A DNA stretch of 64,000 nt from an uncultured Bacilli bacterium (GTDB taxonomy: Bacteria > Bacillota_I > Bacilli_A > RF39 > UBA660): positions 70,438-134,437 of the forward strand of contig CAKPDP010000001.1 of assembly GCA_934149105.1 (NCBI GenBank), in the 5' to 3' direction. The number at the start of each line of letters is the position of its first letter. Positions within the stretch are counted from its first letter, which is position 1. The notes beneath the pieces were generated by a model, which worked only from the letters and a program-made list of their open reading frames with translations, did not search any database and was not told where the DNA came from. Both the position numbers and the translations under genes were made by a program. Shown piece by piece: positions 55,432 to 64,000 of the stretch.

Positions 55432-55905
55432 ATGGAAAGAGAAAAATTCTTGAGTGCAATATATTTAATTATTAAGAATGAGAAGGGAGAAATATTATTT
55501 CAAAGAAGGCAAGGAACAAAGTTATGGCCACTATATTTAGGTTTACCAGCTGGTCATGTTGATATTTCTGAAGATGTCTATGAAACGGTAACTAGGGAAG
55601 CAAGGGAAGAATTAGGAATCGAGATTTCTGAAAGAGATTTGGGAGATACTTTTGTGGTAAATAGAAGAAATAAATCAATAGATCCTTATTTTGATGTATA
55701 TTTTGTAGTTGATAACTATAGAGGGGAGATAGAGATTAAGGAACCTAATAAGTGTCAAGAATTAGTGTGGGCAAGGATGGATAAATTACCAGAAGATGTA
55801 ATTCCATTTGAAAGAACGGCGATCGAGAATTATAGAAGAGGAATTAATTTTAGTGTTGTTTATGCAAATAATGAGAAGGAATTAACTAGGAAAAAGACTA
55901 AATAG
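55432..55905 (+). CDS. NUDIX hydrolase
   Basis: Nudix box GLPAGHVDISEDVYETVTREAREELGI. Confidence 0.85.
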   Translation: MEREKFLSAIYLIIKNEKGEILFQRRQGTKLWPLYLGLPAGHVDISEDVYETVTREAREELGIEISERDLGDTFVVNRRNKSIDPYFDVYFVVDNYRGEIEIKEPNKCQELVWARMDKLPEDVIPFERTAIENYRRGINFSVVYANNEKELTRKKTK

Positions 55906-55962
55906 TAAATTAAAATTATAATTCTTGAAGAGTTATAATTGGGATTTAGTCTTTCTTTTTTG
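55890..55962 (+). terminator. compound hairpin terminator after the NUDIX gene
   Basis: Outer stem aaagactaaat / atttagtcttt enclosing the inner dyad aattataa / ttataatt, followed by a T-run. Confidence 0.5.
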
Positions 55963-55998
55963 ATTAAGATAAGTTATAATTAGAATAAGGTGAGCGAA

Positions 55999-57094
55999 AT
56001 GGATAGTAAGGAATTAGGTTTATTGTATAAGGAAATTTTAGATAATGTTGAAGATATTAGGAGGTCGCTTTGACTTAGAAGATAAGGAAAAGAGATTAAG
56101 AATAGTTAATAATCTTATTAGTAGTAAGGATTTTTGGAATAATAAAGAGGACGCTAATAAGATTATTAAAGAGTATAATTATCTTAAGGATATAGTTAAT
56201 CCTGTTAATGATGTATATAATAAGATTAAAAGTAATATAGAGATTCTTGATAATATAGAAGGCGAAGATTATAAGGAATATGTTTCTTTAATTCTTGAGG
56301 AATATGGTGAATTAAAGAAACAGGTAGATGACTTAAAATTAAATACATATCTATCTGGTAAGTATGATAAGAATAATTGTATATTAGAGATCCATGCTGG
56401 AGCAGGGGGGACAGAGAGTTGTGATTGGGTTAATATGCTATATAGAATGTATTTAAGATATGGAAATAAAGTGGGATATAGGGTTAATCTTATGGATAGT
56501 CTTCCTGGAGATGAAGTTGGATATAGAAGAGTTACTTTGTTAATAGAGGGAATTAATGCTTATGGATATTTAAAGGGAGAAAAGGGAATTCATAGATTAG
56601 TTAGAATTAGTCCTTTTGATAGTAATAAGAGAAGACATACATCTTTTGCGGCAGTAGAGGTTATTCCTGATGTTAAGGATGATAATGATATAAAGATCTC
56701 TGATAGTGATTTAAGAATTGATATATATAGAAGTAGTGGCCCTGGAGGACAGGGAGTTAATACTACTGATAGTGCTGTTAGAATTACACATTTACCAACA
56801 GGAATTGTGGTTACTTGTCAGAATGAGAGAAGTCAAATTCAAAATAAAGAACATTGTTTAGAAATATTAAGAAGTAAATTATATGTTTTAGAACAAGAAA
56901 AGAAAGATAAAGAACTTAACTTAATTAAGGGGGAAGAGGTTAGTAATGGGTTTGGTTCTGCTAAGAGGAGTTATGTTATGTGTCCTTATACATTAGTTAA
57001 AGATAATGATACTAATTATGAAGAAGTTAATGTTAATAAAGTTTTAGACGGAGATATAGAAGAGTTTATTAAAGAAGAATTAAAAATGGGGTAG
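55999..57094 (+). CDS. prfB: peptide chain release factor 2, requires programmed +1 frameshift
   Basis: Frame 0 reads MDSKELGLLYKEILDNVEDIRRSL and ends at TGA 56071-56073. The +1 frame continues DLEDKEKRL... and carries the SPF and GGQ (SSGPGGQGVNTTDSAVR) motifs. Confidence 0.95.
56059..56074 (+). promoter_or_regulatory. prfB +1 frameshift site
   Basis: AGGAGG TCG CTT TGA C. An internal SD sits 3 nt before the slippery CTT followed by TGA-C, the same layout as in E. coli prfB. Confidence 0.9.
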
Positions 57095-57099
57095 ATAGT

Positions 57100-58002
57100 A
57101 TGTTTTTTGAGAAGATACGAAAGAAAAGGATCGAGAAGGCTATTGATAGAGTTAAACATAAAGACTTAGTCAAAAGATATTTTTTATTAGTTGTGGGAAG
57201 TTTAATTGTAGCTTTGGCTTTTAATGTCTTTTTTTTAAAATATAATATTGTTTGCTTTGGTATAGGAGGGTTATCTATTGTTTTAAAACAATTTGGTGTT
57301 AATCCTACTTTATTTATTCTGATAAGTAATATTATTTTGCTAATTATTAGTTATTTTACATTGGGAGTTGAAGATACAAAAAAATCAGTAGTGGGATCAT
57401 TACTATTTCCATTGTTTACTAATTTAACTGCGGGTGTTGTTGATATGGTTAATTTAGATAATATTGAATTATTGTTAGTAGCAATATTGGGTGCAGTTAT
57501 GTCAGGAATAGGATACGGAATGGTATTTAAGACGGGTTTTACTACGGGTGGAACAGATATTATGGATAAGATCTTGGCTAAATATACAAAGATGTCAATG
57601 GGAAAAGCCATGATCATAGTAGATGGATTAGTAGTACTTAGTGCAAAGTTAGTATTTAGTTGGGAAATAGTGTTATATGGTTTTATTGTTTTGTATATTA
57701 TTAGTTATTTGACAGATAAATTATTGTTAGGAATATCTGAGAGTAAAGCTTTTTATATTGTTACTAATAAAGAAAAAAAGATTAGAGATTATTTAATTAA
57801 TTATATTCATAGTGGAGTAACATTATTGAATGCTAGAGGAGGATATAGTTATAATAAGCAAGCTATGATATTAACGGTAGTTCCTACTAGAGATTATTTT
57901 TTGATTAAAGAGGGAATAAGAGAAATAGATCCGAAAGCCTTTTTCTTAGTATGTGATGCCTATGAGGTTAGTAATAGGGGGGAGAAACATGGAAATATTT
58001 AG
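57100..58002 (+). CDS. YitT family membrane protein (DUF2179 C-terminus)
   Basis: Five or six TM helices, GGTDIM motif, C-terminal GVTLLNARGGYS...VVPTRDYFLIKEGIREIDPKAFFLVCDAYEV. Confidence 0.8.
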   Translation: MFFEKIRKKRIEKAIDRVKHKDLVKRYFLLVVGSLIVALAFNVFFLKYNIVCFGIGGLSIVLKQFGVNPTLFILISNIILLIISYFTLGVEDTKKSVVGSLLFPLFTNLTAGVVDMVNLDNIELLLVAILGAVMSGIGYGMVFKTGFTTGGTDIMDKILAKYTKMSMGKAMIIVDGLVVLSAKLVFSWEIVLYGFIVLYIISYLTDKLLLGISESKAFYIVTNKEKKIRDYLINYIHSGVTLLNARGGYSYNKQAMILTVVPTRDYFLIKEGIREIDPKAFFLVCDAYEVSNRGEKHGNI

Positions 58003-58870
58003 TAAGTTTGATAGTAATTGGATTGGTAAGAAAGTGGATAGAACTAATTTACCAGAGAGATATTGTTTTTTGATGTTTGGAACCTATATTTATGCTTTAG
58101 CTTTTACTTTGTTTTTTGAACCATATGATGTTGTTGTAGGAGGTACAGCTGGTATATCACTTATTTTTAAAGAGTATTTTAATATTAATCCAAGTTTATT
58201 TGTTTTAGTTTTTTCTCTATTATTGTTAGTGATTAGTTACTTTTTGTTAGGAAAGAAAGCTACTACTAAGACGGTAGTGGGATTATTAGTATTGCCCTTA
58301 TTTATGCAGGCAACTAGTATCTTTTCTTCTTTTATTGATTTAGAAAATACTAGTATGTTAGCGTTAATGATTTATGGAGGGTTATTATTAGGATTTGCTA
58401 ATGGAATTATTGTAAGAACAGGGTTTTCTTTAGGAGGAGTTCAAACTTTATGTCAGATTATTAGTAAATATGCTAGGATTTCTTATGGAAAAGCTAATTT
58501 AATTGTTAATACTATTATTATATTAATTGGAAGTTTTACTTTTGGGATAACTAATGCTTTATATGCAATTATCTCTTTATATGTATCGTCTTTAATAATG
58601 GATAAGGTAATATTAGGAATATCAGATAGTAAGGCTTTTTATATAGTTACTAGTAAAGAAAAAGAAGTAAGAGACTTCATTATTAAAGAACTAGGACATA
58701 GTGCTACTTTATTAGAGGGAAAAGGGGGATATTCTTTAGATAATCTTAAGGTTATATTGTGTGTAATTCCTACTAGAGAATATGTATTTGTAAGAGATGT
58801 TATTGAAGAGATAGATAATAAAGCTTTTTATATTATTACAGATGCTTATGAGGTAAAAGGTGGTATTTAA
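57989..58870 (+). CDS. YitT family membrane protein, tandem paralog
   Basis: Same architecture. The ATG at 57989 follows GGGGGGAG (the track start 57953 lies inside the upstream gene). Confidence 0.8.
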   Translation: MEIFSKFDSNWIGKKVDRTNLPERYCFLMFGTYIYALAFTLFFEPYDVVVGGTAGISLIFKEYFNINPSLFVLVFSLLLLVISYFLLGKKATTKTVVGLLVLPLFMQATSIFSSFIDLENTSMLALMIYGGLLLGFANGIIVRTGFSLGGVQTLCQIISKYARISYGKANLIVNTIIILIGSFTFGITNALYAIISLYVSSLIMDKVILGISDSKAFYIVTSKEKEVRDFIIKELGHSATLLEGKGGYSLDNLKVILCVIPTREYVFVRDVIEEIDNKAFYIITDAYEVKGGI

Positions 58871-58924
58871 TTATTTAAAAAAAGAAGAGATAATGTTATA
58901 ATTAGATAAAGGTGGTGTAGTTAG

Positions 58925-59620
58925 ATGGAACTGATTAGGTTAGCGGATGTTCAGAAGACTTATAAGACAGGGACAGTAGCTTTATTTAATCTTAATTTAA
59001 GTATTAAAAAAGGGGAATTTGTCTTTGTTATAGGTTCTAGTGGTAGTGGTAAATCAACATTAATAAAGATGTTATATAGAGAAGAAAAACCGGATAAGGG
59101 ATCTATTATAATAGGGGGGATTAATGTTGCTAGATTAAAGAATAGAAAAGTTTATGTTTTAAGAAGAAAATTAGGAGTAGTATTTCAGGATTTTAAATTA
59201 TTACCTAAGTTAACAGTCTTTGAGAATGTAGCTTTTGCTATGGAAGTTTTATCTTGCGACAAAAAAGAAATTCAACATAGAGTTATGGAAGTGTTAGATT
59301 TAGTTGGATTAAAGAGTAAATTTAGACAGTATCCTGATCAACTTTCAGGTGGAGAACAACAAAGAGTTGTTATTGCTAGAGCTATTGTTAATAGGCCTAA
59401 ACTACTTATTTGTGATGAACCTACAGGTAATTTGGATCCAGTTACTAGTATGGGGATTATGGAAGTATTAAAGAATATTAATAGACGAGGAACAACTATT
59501 ATTATGGCTACACATGATCTAGAAATAGTTGATAGAATGAAAGAAAGAGTAGTAGTTATAAAAGAGGGAACTATAATTAGGGACTATGAGAGGGGGACTT
59601 TTTATCGTGAAAATCTTTAG
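58925..59620 (+). CDS. ftsE: cell division ATP-binding protein FtsE
   Basis: Walker A GSSGSGKST, signature LSGGEQQRV, Walker B LLICDEPT. Paired with ftsX. Confidence 0.93.
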   Translation: MELIRLADVQKTYKTGTVALFNLNLSIKKGEFVFVIGSSGSGKSTLIKMLYREEKPDKGSIIIGGINVARLKNRKVYVLRRKLGVVFQDFKLLPKLTVFENVAFAMEVLSCDKKEIQHRVMEVLDLVGLKSKFRQYPDQLSGGEQQRVVIARAIVNRPKLLICDEPTGNLDPVTSMGIMEVLKNINRRGTTIIMATHDLEIVDRMKERVVVIKEGTIIRDYERGTFYRENL

Positions 59621-60509
59621 AGTTATGACTAGATATGTTAGAGATGCTTTTAAGAGTGTAATTAGAAACTTTGCTTTGTCTTTAGCTTCTATCTCTTGTA
59701 TTACTATTACATTGATAGTAGTAGCTATTTCTTTGATATTATCTTATAATGTAGAGAACTTTGCTAAAACAATAGAGAAAGATGTATCAGTAATTATATT
59801 TTTGAATTATGATGCAACACAAGATGATGTTAATGCAGTAGAGAATATTATTAAAGGAACAGGTAATGTGGAAAGTCTTAATTATAAAAGTAAGAAACAG
59901 GCTGCTTCAGAATATTTAGAGGGTGATGCTACTTTTCAACCAATAATAGATAATTGGACTGATGATACTAATCCTTTAGCGGATAGTTTTATTTTAAAAG
60001 TTAAAGATATAAATGAGATTAAGAAAACAGTAGATACTATTAAGGCTTCAGATAAAGTTATGACAGTATATTATAGTGAAAATACAGTAGAACAATTAGT
60101 TACAGTATTTCAAACTATAGAGAGATTTTGTATTTGTGCTGTTATAGCTCTTATCATTGTAACGGCTTTTCTAATTGCTAATACTATTAAGTTAGCAATA
60201 TATTCTAGAAGGACAGAGATAGAGATTATGAGATTGGTAGGAGCTTCTAATATTTCTATTAAAGTACCATTTGTTATAGAAGGATTATTTTTAGGAGTAA
60301 TAGGAGCAATTATACCAATAATATTTGCTATATGGGGATATATTAGTTTATATAATTATTTTGGAGGTACACTTCTTAATTTTAATTTAGCAAAATTAGT
60401 AGAACCAACACCATTTATTTATATTTGTTCTTTAATTTTATTAGTTATAGGAATGTTAGTAGGAATGTTTGGTAGTTCAAGGGCGGTAAAAAAATATTTG
60501 AAGATTTAG
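59607..60509 (+). CDS. ftsX: cell division permease-like protein FtsX
   Basis: The N-terminus (V/M)KIFRVMTRYVRDAFKSVIRNFALSLASIS resembles FtsX. Four TM helices. The GTG at 59607 behind GAGGGGGA is preferred, and the ATG at 59625 is possible. Confidence 0.88.
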   Translation: MKIFRVMTRYVRDAFKSVIRNFALSLASISCITITLIVVAISLILSYNVENFAKTIEKDVSVIIFLNYDATQDDVNAVENIIKGTGNVESLNYKSKKQAASEYLEGDATFQPIIDNWTDDTNPLADSFILKVKDINEIKKTVDTIKASDKVMTVYYSENTVEQLVTVFQTIERFCICAVIALIIVTAFLIANTIKLAIYSRRTEIEIMRLVGASNISIKVPFVIEGLFLGVIGAIIPIIFAIWGYISLYNYFGGTLLNFNLAKLVEPTPFIYICSLILLVIGMLVGMFGSSRAVKKYLKI

Positions 60510-60571
60510 TTGCTCTTGAATTATTGGTGATTTATGTTATAATTTAGATGATATTGTAGTGGAGGTGGCTT

Positions 60572-61354
60572 ATGAATGATAATTCTTTATATTATCAAGT
60601 AAATGGTAATAATTATAGAATAAGATTATATTTATTAGTAGTAGTTGCTTCCTTAATAGTGGCTTTAATTTCGGGAACATTTGCGTATTTTCAAGCTAGT
60701 GCTGTTAATAATACGACGATTACTGGTAAGATAGCAGATGTTGGTGTAACTTTAAATGTTAGTAAGCTTACAACAAGTGGGACAGCACCTAGTAGTACGG
60801 TAATGATACCTTATAATTTGATTAGTAGTGCTGGAGTATTAGATGTTACAACGACAACAGGAATTCCGAAGGCTCTTAGCAGTGGATGTGTCGATAGTTC
60901 ACAATATAGTGTATGTGATGTATTTAAGATTGAAGTGAAAGCTAATAGTCCCGTTGTTTTAGATGGATATTTGAATATTAGAAAGAAGAATGCAGAAGCT
61001 AATATACCAAATGTTAAATGGGCATTACTTGGTCCTAAAGGAACAACTAATGCTAGTAATATTCAAAATATTACTTCTTCAGTGTATAATACTAGTACTT
61101 ATTTGAAGGCTGGTAATGTGAAGAGTGCTAGTAATACAACGACAGGTACAGATGTTATGTTTACTAATGTAGGTAGTAGTTCTTATAAGGGAATAACCTT
61201 TAATACAATGTCTTCTTATTACTATATTATGGTTTGGTTAGAGGATATTGAAGATAATCAGGAAGATAGTGGTAATTATCAAGGAGTAGTTACTTTTAAA
61301 GCATATAGTGATGCTGGAGATACGCAAGGTAAAGTTACGGCAAAATTTAGTTAA
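60572..61354 (+). CDS. secreted protein with SipW-dependent (TasA/camelysin-type) signal peptide
   Basis: TM segment followed by ALISGTFAYFQASA, which matches the GTxAYF motif of SipW-cognate signal peptides. The mature part is Thr/Ser/Asn-rich and beta-rich. Confidence 0.55.
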   Translation: MNDNSLYYQVNGNNYRIRLYLLVVVASLIVALISGTFAYFQASAVNNTTITGKIADVGVTLNVSKLTTSGTAPSSTVMIPYNLISSAGVLDVTTTTGIPKALSSGCVDSSQYSVCDVFKIEVKANSPVVLDGYLNIRKKNAEANIPNVKWALLGPKGTTNASNIQNITSSVYNTSTYLKAGNVKSASNTTTGTDVMFTNVGSSSYKGITFNTMSSYYYIMVWLEDIEDNQEDSGNYQGVVTFKAYSDAGDTQGKVTAKFS

Positions 61355-61435
61355 AGGGAAGGTGATAAAAAATTGTCTTCTTTTTGTTTTGGAATTTAGA
61401 GATAAATGTTGTATAATAGTGTTGGTGATGAACTT

Positions 61436-62197
61436 ATGAAATTACAAATTAAGAATTTAGATGTTAAAATTGGTTCGAAGGAAATACTTAAAAATTTTAA
61501 TTTAGATATAAATGATGGAGAAATTCATGCAATAATGGGACCTAATGGAGTTGGTAAAAGTACTCTATCAAGAGTTATTATGGGAGATAATAATTATAAA
61601 GTTACTAATGGAGATATAATGGTTAATGGAAAGAGTATTCTTGATCTTAGAGTAGATGAAAGAAGTAGATTAGGAATCTTTTTAGCAATGCAATATCCTA
61701 TGGAAATAGATGGCGTTAGTAATCAAGATTTTCTTAGGACGGCTATTAGTAGTAGAGAAGGAAAGAAAATAGGTTTATATCAATTTATAAAGAAATGTGA
61801 ACAAGCTACGGATGAACTTTCTATGAATAAAGAATTGATACATAGATCTTTAAATATAGGATTTTCAGGAGGAGAAAAGAAAAAGAATGAAGTATTACAA
61901 ATAAAATTATTAGAACCGTCTTTAATTATTATGGATGAGTTAGATAGTGGACTTGATATTGATAGTATGCGAGTTGTTAGTGAAAACATAATAAATTATA
62001 AAAAAGAACATCCCGATACTTCAATAATTATAATTACACATTATGCTTTAATATTAGATATATTAAAGCCAGATTATGTTCATGTTGTTAATAATGGTCA
62101 TATAGTTGCTAGTGGAGATTATTCTATTTCACAAAATATATTAGAAAATGGATTTAATAAATATATTAGTACTACCGAGGATAATGATAATGAATAA
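61436..62197 (+). CDS. sufC: Fe-S cluster assembly ATPase SufC
   Basis: LQIKNLDVKIGSKEILKNFNLDINDGEIHAIMGPNGVGKSTLS, FSGGEKKKNE, IMDELDSGLDID. Confidence 0.93.
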   Translation: MKLQIKNLDVKIGSKEILKNFNLDINDGEIHAIMGPNGVGKSTLSRVIMGDNNYKVTNGDIMVNGKSILDLRVDERSRLGIFLAMQYPMEIDGVSNQDFLRTAISSREGKKIGLYQFIKKCEQATDELSMNKELIHRSLNIGFSGGEKKKNEVLQIKLLEPSLIIMDELDSGLDIDSMRVVSENIINYKKEHPDTSIIIITHYALILDILKPDYVHVVNNGHIVASGDYSISQNILENGFNKYISTTEDNDNE

Positions 62198-62945
62198 AAT
62201 ATTAGTAACTAATAATGAAATTAGTGTTATAGATGGTAATGTAAGAATAGAGGGTAAGAAGATATATTTTAAAGAAAATGGCGATTATGAGATAGAATAT
62301 AATGATTGTAATGATGTCGAATTAGAATTTAGGATCGATTCTGGGACTATGATAAAGTTATTTGAGTATTCAGATAATGATGAGATTAGGGTAAAAAATA
62401 AATATTTTTTACAAGAACATAGTAATTTATTGGTGTTTAAGTTTTATAATAATAAGAAATGTAGGGAAGAGATAGTATTTAATTTAGATGGGGAATATGC
62501 TAAAGTAAATTATCATTTTTCTAATATATGTAGGGATACTGAGGAGTATAAGATTATTATTAATCATAATAAGTTACATACTTATAGTAATATAAGTAAT
62601 AGGAGTATTGCGATAGAGGGTCGAACTGATTTTACTATTGATAGTATTCTTCCTAAAAAGAGTATAGGGTGTGTTCTTAATCAGGATACAAAGATTATTA
62701 ATTTGGGAGAAAATCATTCGACAATTAGGCCTAATATGTATATTGATTTAAATGATGTAGAGGCTAGACATGGTAGTGTTATTGGGAGATTTAATGATGA
62801 AGAGATATTTTATCTTATGAGTAGAGGTATTGATTATAATAATAGTATTAAATTATTAGTTAGGGGATATATATTTTCTAATTTAGTTATGGATATGGAT
62901 AGTATGACAAAGATTACTAATATTATAAATAAGTATTGGGGGTGA
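62190..62945 (+). CDS. sufD: short SufD-like Fe-S assembly protein
   Basis: C-terminal DVEARHGSVIGRFNDEEIFYLMSRGIDYNNSIKLLVRGY matches the SufB/SufD beta-helix tail. The start (62184 or 62190) overlaps the sufC end. Confidence 0.8.
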   Translation: MNKILVTNNEISVIDGNVRIEGKKIYFKENGDYEIEYNDCNDVELEFRIDSGTMIKLFEYSDNDEIRVKNKYFLQEHSNLLVFKFYNNKKCREEIVFNLDGEYAKVNYHFSNICRDTEEYKIIINHNKLHTYSNISNRSIAIEGRTDFTIDSILPKKSIGCVLNQDTKIINLGENHSTIRPNMYIDLNDVEARHGSVIGRFNDEEIFYLMSRGIDYNNSIKLLVRGYIFSNLVMDMDSMTKITNIINKYWG

Positions 62946-62950
62946 ATAAT

Positions 62951-64000
62951 ATGTATAGAGAAGATTTTCCTATTTTAAAGACGGGGCTTATATATTTTGA
63001 TAATGGAGCGACGACTTTAAAACCACAAGTAGTTATAGATGAGGTAGTTAAATATTATAGTGAATATACTGCTAATGCACATAGGGGAGACTATAAGAAT
63101 AGTGCTAAAGTAGATAGTATTTATGAAGATACAAGGGAAGTTGTTAAGAATTTTATAGGTGCAGAGGACGCTAGTGAGATTGTGTTTACTAGTGGCTCTA
63201 CAGAAGGGCTTAATTGGATTAGTAAAGGATACTTTGGAAAATATTTAGAAGCGGGAGATGAAGTTTTAATTACGGAGAGTGAGCATGCTTCTAATATTTT
63301 GCCATGGTTTGTGTTAGCTAAGGAGAAGGGAATAGTAGTTAAGTATATTGAACTTGATTCTAATAATGAAGTCACGGTTCAAAATGTTGAGAAGGCTATT
63401 ACGGAGAAGACAAAGGTTATTTCTTTAGCGGGAACGACTAATGTTATTGGGGATAATAGACCAATTAAGGATATATGTAAGATAGCTCACGAAAAAAGTA
63501 TTTTGGTAGTTGTAGATGGGGCACAAATGGTTGCACACACTAAAGTGAATGTTAAAGATCTAGATGTGGATTTCTTAGTTTTCTCAGGGCATAAGATATA
63601 TGGACCAACGGGAATAGGAGTTATGTATGGTAAGTTTGAACTATTAGAAAGAATGGATCCCATTAATTATGGGGGCGGTATGAATGCGACATTTTTAAAT
63701 GATGGTTATATGGAACTTAGGGAAACGCCTATTAAGTTTGAAGCAGGGACACAGAATATTGCCGGAGTAATTGGCCTTAGGGCAGCAATTAAGTATTTAG
63801 AGAGTAAAGATGTTACTAAGATATGGAAGTATGAACATGATCTTAGGCAATATTTGGTATCAAGATTAGAAAATCTTGATAATATAGAAGTATATAATAA
63901 GAATAATAAAGGAACAATAGTGGCTTTTAATTTAAAGAAAGTATTTAGTCAGGATACGGCTATTTATTTAGATAAATATAATATATGTGTAAGAGCTGGT
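62951..64000 (+). CDS. sufS: cysteine desulfurase SufS, 3'-truncated by window edge (absent from ORF track)
   Basis: Open frame of 350 codons to the window end. MYREDFPILKTGLIYFDNGATTLKPQ, HRGDY, HASNILPW, PLP-lysine motif FSGHKIYGPTGIGV, FEAGTQNIAG. Confidence 0.92.
   Translation, partial: MYREDFPILKTGLIYFDNGATTLKPQVVIDEVVKYYSEYTANAHRGDYKNSAKVDSIYEDTREVVKNFIGAEDASEIVFTSGSTEGLNWISKGYFGKYLEAGDEVLITESEHASNILPWFVLAKEKGIVVKYIELDSNNEVTVQNVEKAITEKTKVISLAGTTNVIGDNRPIKDICKIAHEKSILVVVDGAQMVAHTKVNVKDLDVDFLVFSGHKIYGPTGIGVMYGKFELLERMDPINYGGGMNATFLNDGYMELRETPIKFEAGTQNIAGVIGLRAAIKYLESKDVTKIWKYEHDLRQYLVSRLENLDNIEVYNKNNKGTIVAFNLKKVFSQDTAIYLDKYNICVRAG

Larger units (their letters stand above)
41181..55975. 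other. accessory segment inserted between secA and prfB (degenerate island, no recombinase seen)
   Basis: Lineage-specific genes, two pseudogenes and a tandem repeat array. The T-run+AGATAAGTT motif occurs at 41213-41232, 43194-43220 and 55956-55975. Confidence 0.5.

Overview
AT-rich Bacillota chromosome segment, probably from an Erysipelotrichia- or Clostridia-like spore-former (taxon is an inference). It uses the standard bacterial code: prfB carries the classical TGA-dependent +1 frameshift. About three quarters of the window is housekeeping backbone. This includes rpoB (5' cut by the window edge)-rpoC, queH, trmL, an AbgT-family transporter, ychF, pepF, rpsF-ssb-rpsR, rplI-dnaB, an M23 peptidase, rlmH, a Sir2 deacetylase, hsp20, dusB, lysS, a clpC-like ATPase, rmuC, a prsA-like foldase, pyrH, secA, prfB, two YitT paralogs, ftsEX and sufCDS (sufS runs off the 3' edge and is missing from the ORF track). 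The notable part is a ~14.8 kb accessory segment (about 41.2-56.0 kb) wedged between secA and prfB, which are normally neighbours. It contains gene debris (a chloramphenicol-acetyltransferase pseudogene and a RhuM pseudogene), a 28-bp tandem repeat array, and a PfkB kinase fused to a double SIS domain. It also holds a compact cluster of three collagen-like (Gly-X-Y) proteins with C1q/BclA-like heads. That cluster further encodes a GT2-TPR glycosyltransferase, a beta-helix protein with a C-terminal WxL-type domain but no signal peptide, and two small prealbumin-fold proteins. None of these surface-type proteins has a secretion signal, and one operon has a mother-cell-sigma-like promoter. I therefore read the cluster as a candidate spore-surface (exosporium or appendage) glycoprotein fibre system. 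Other points: two unannotated tiny YjcZ-like membrane peptides, a CIRCE-like operator at hsp20, a LysRS fused to a tRNA-binding domain, and a recurring T-run+AGATAAGTT motif at the island borders.
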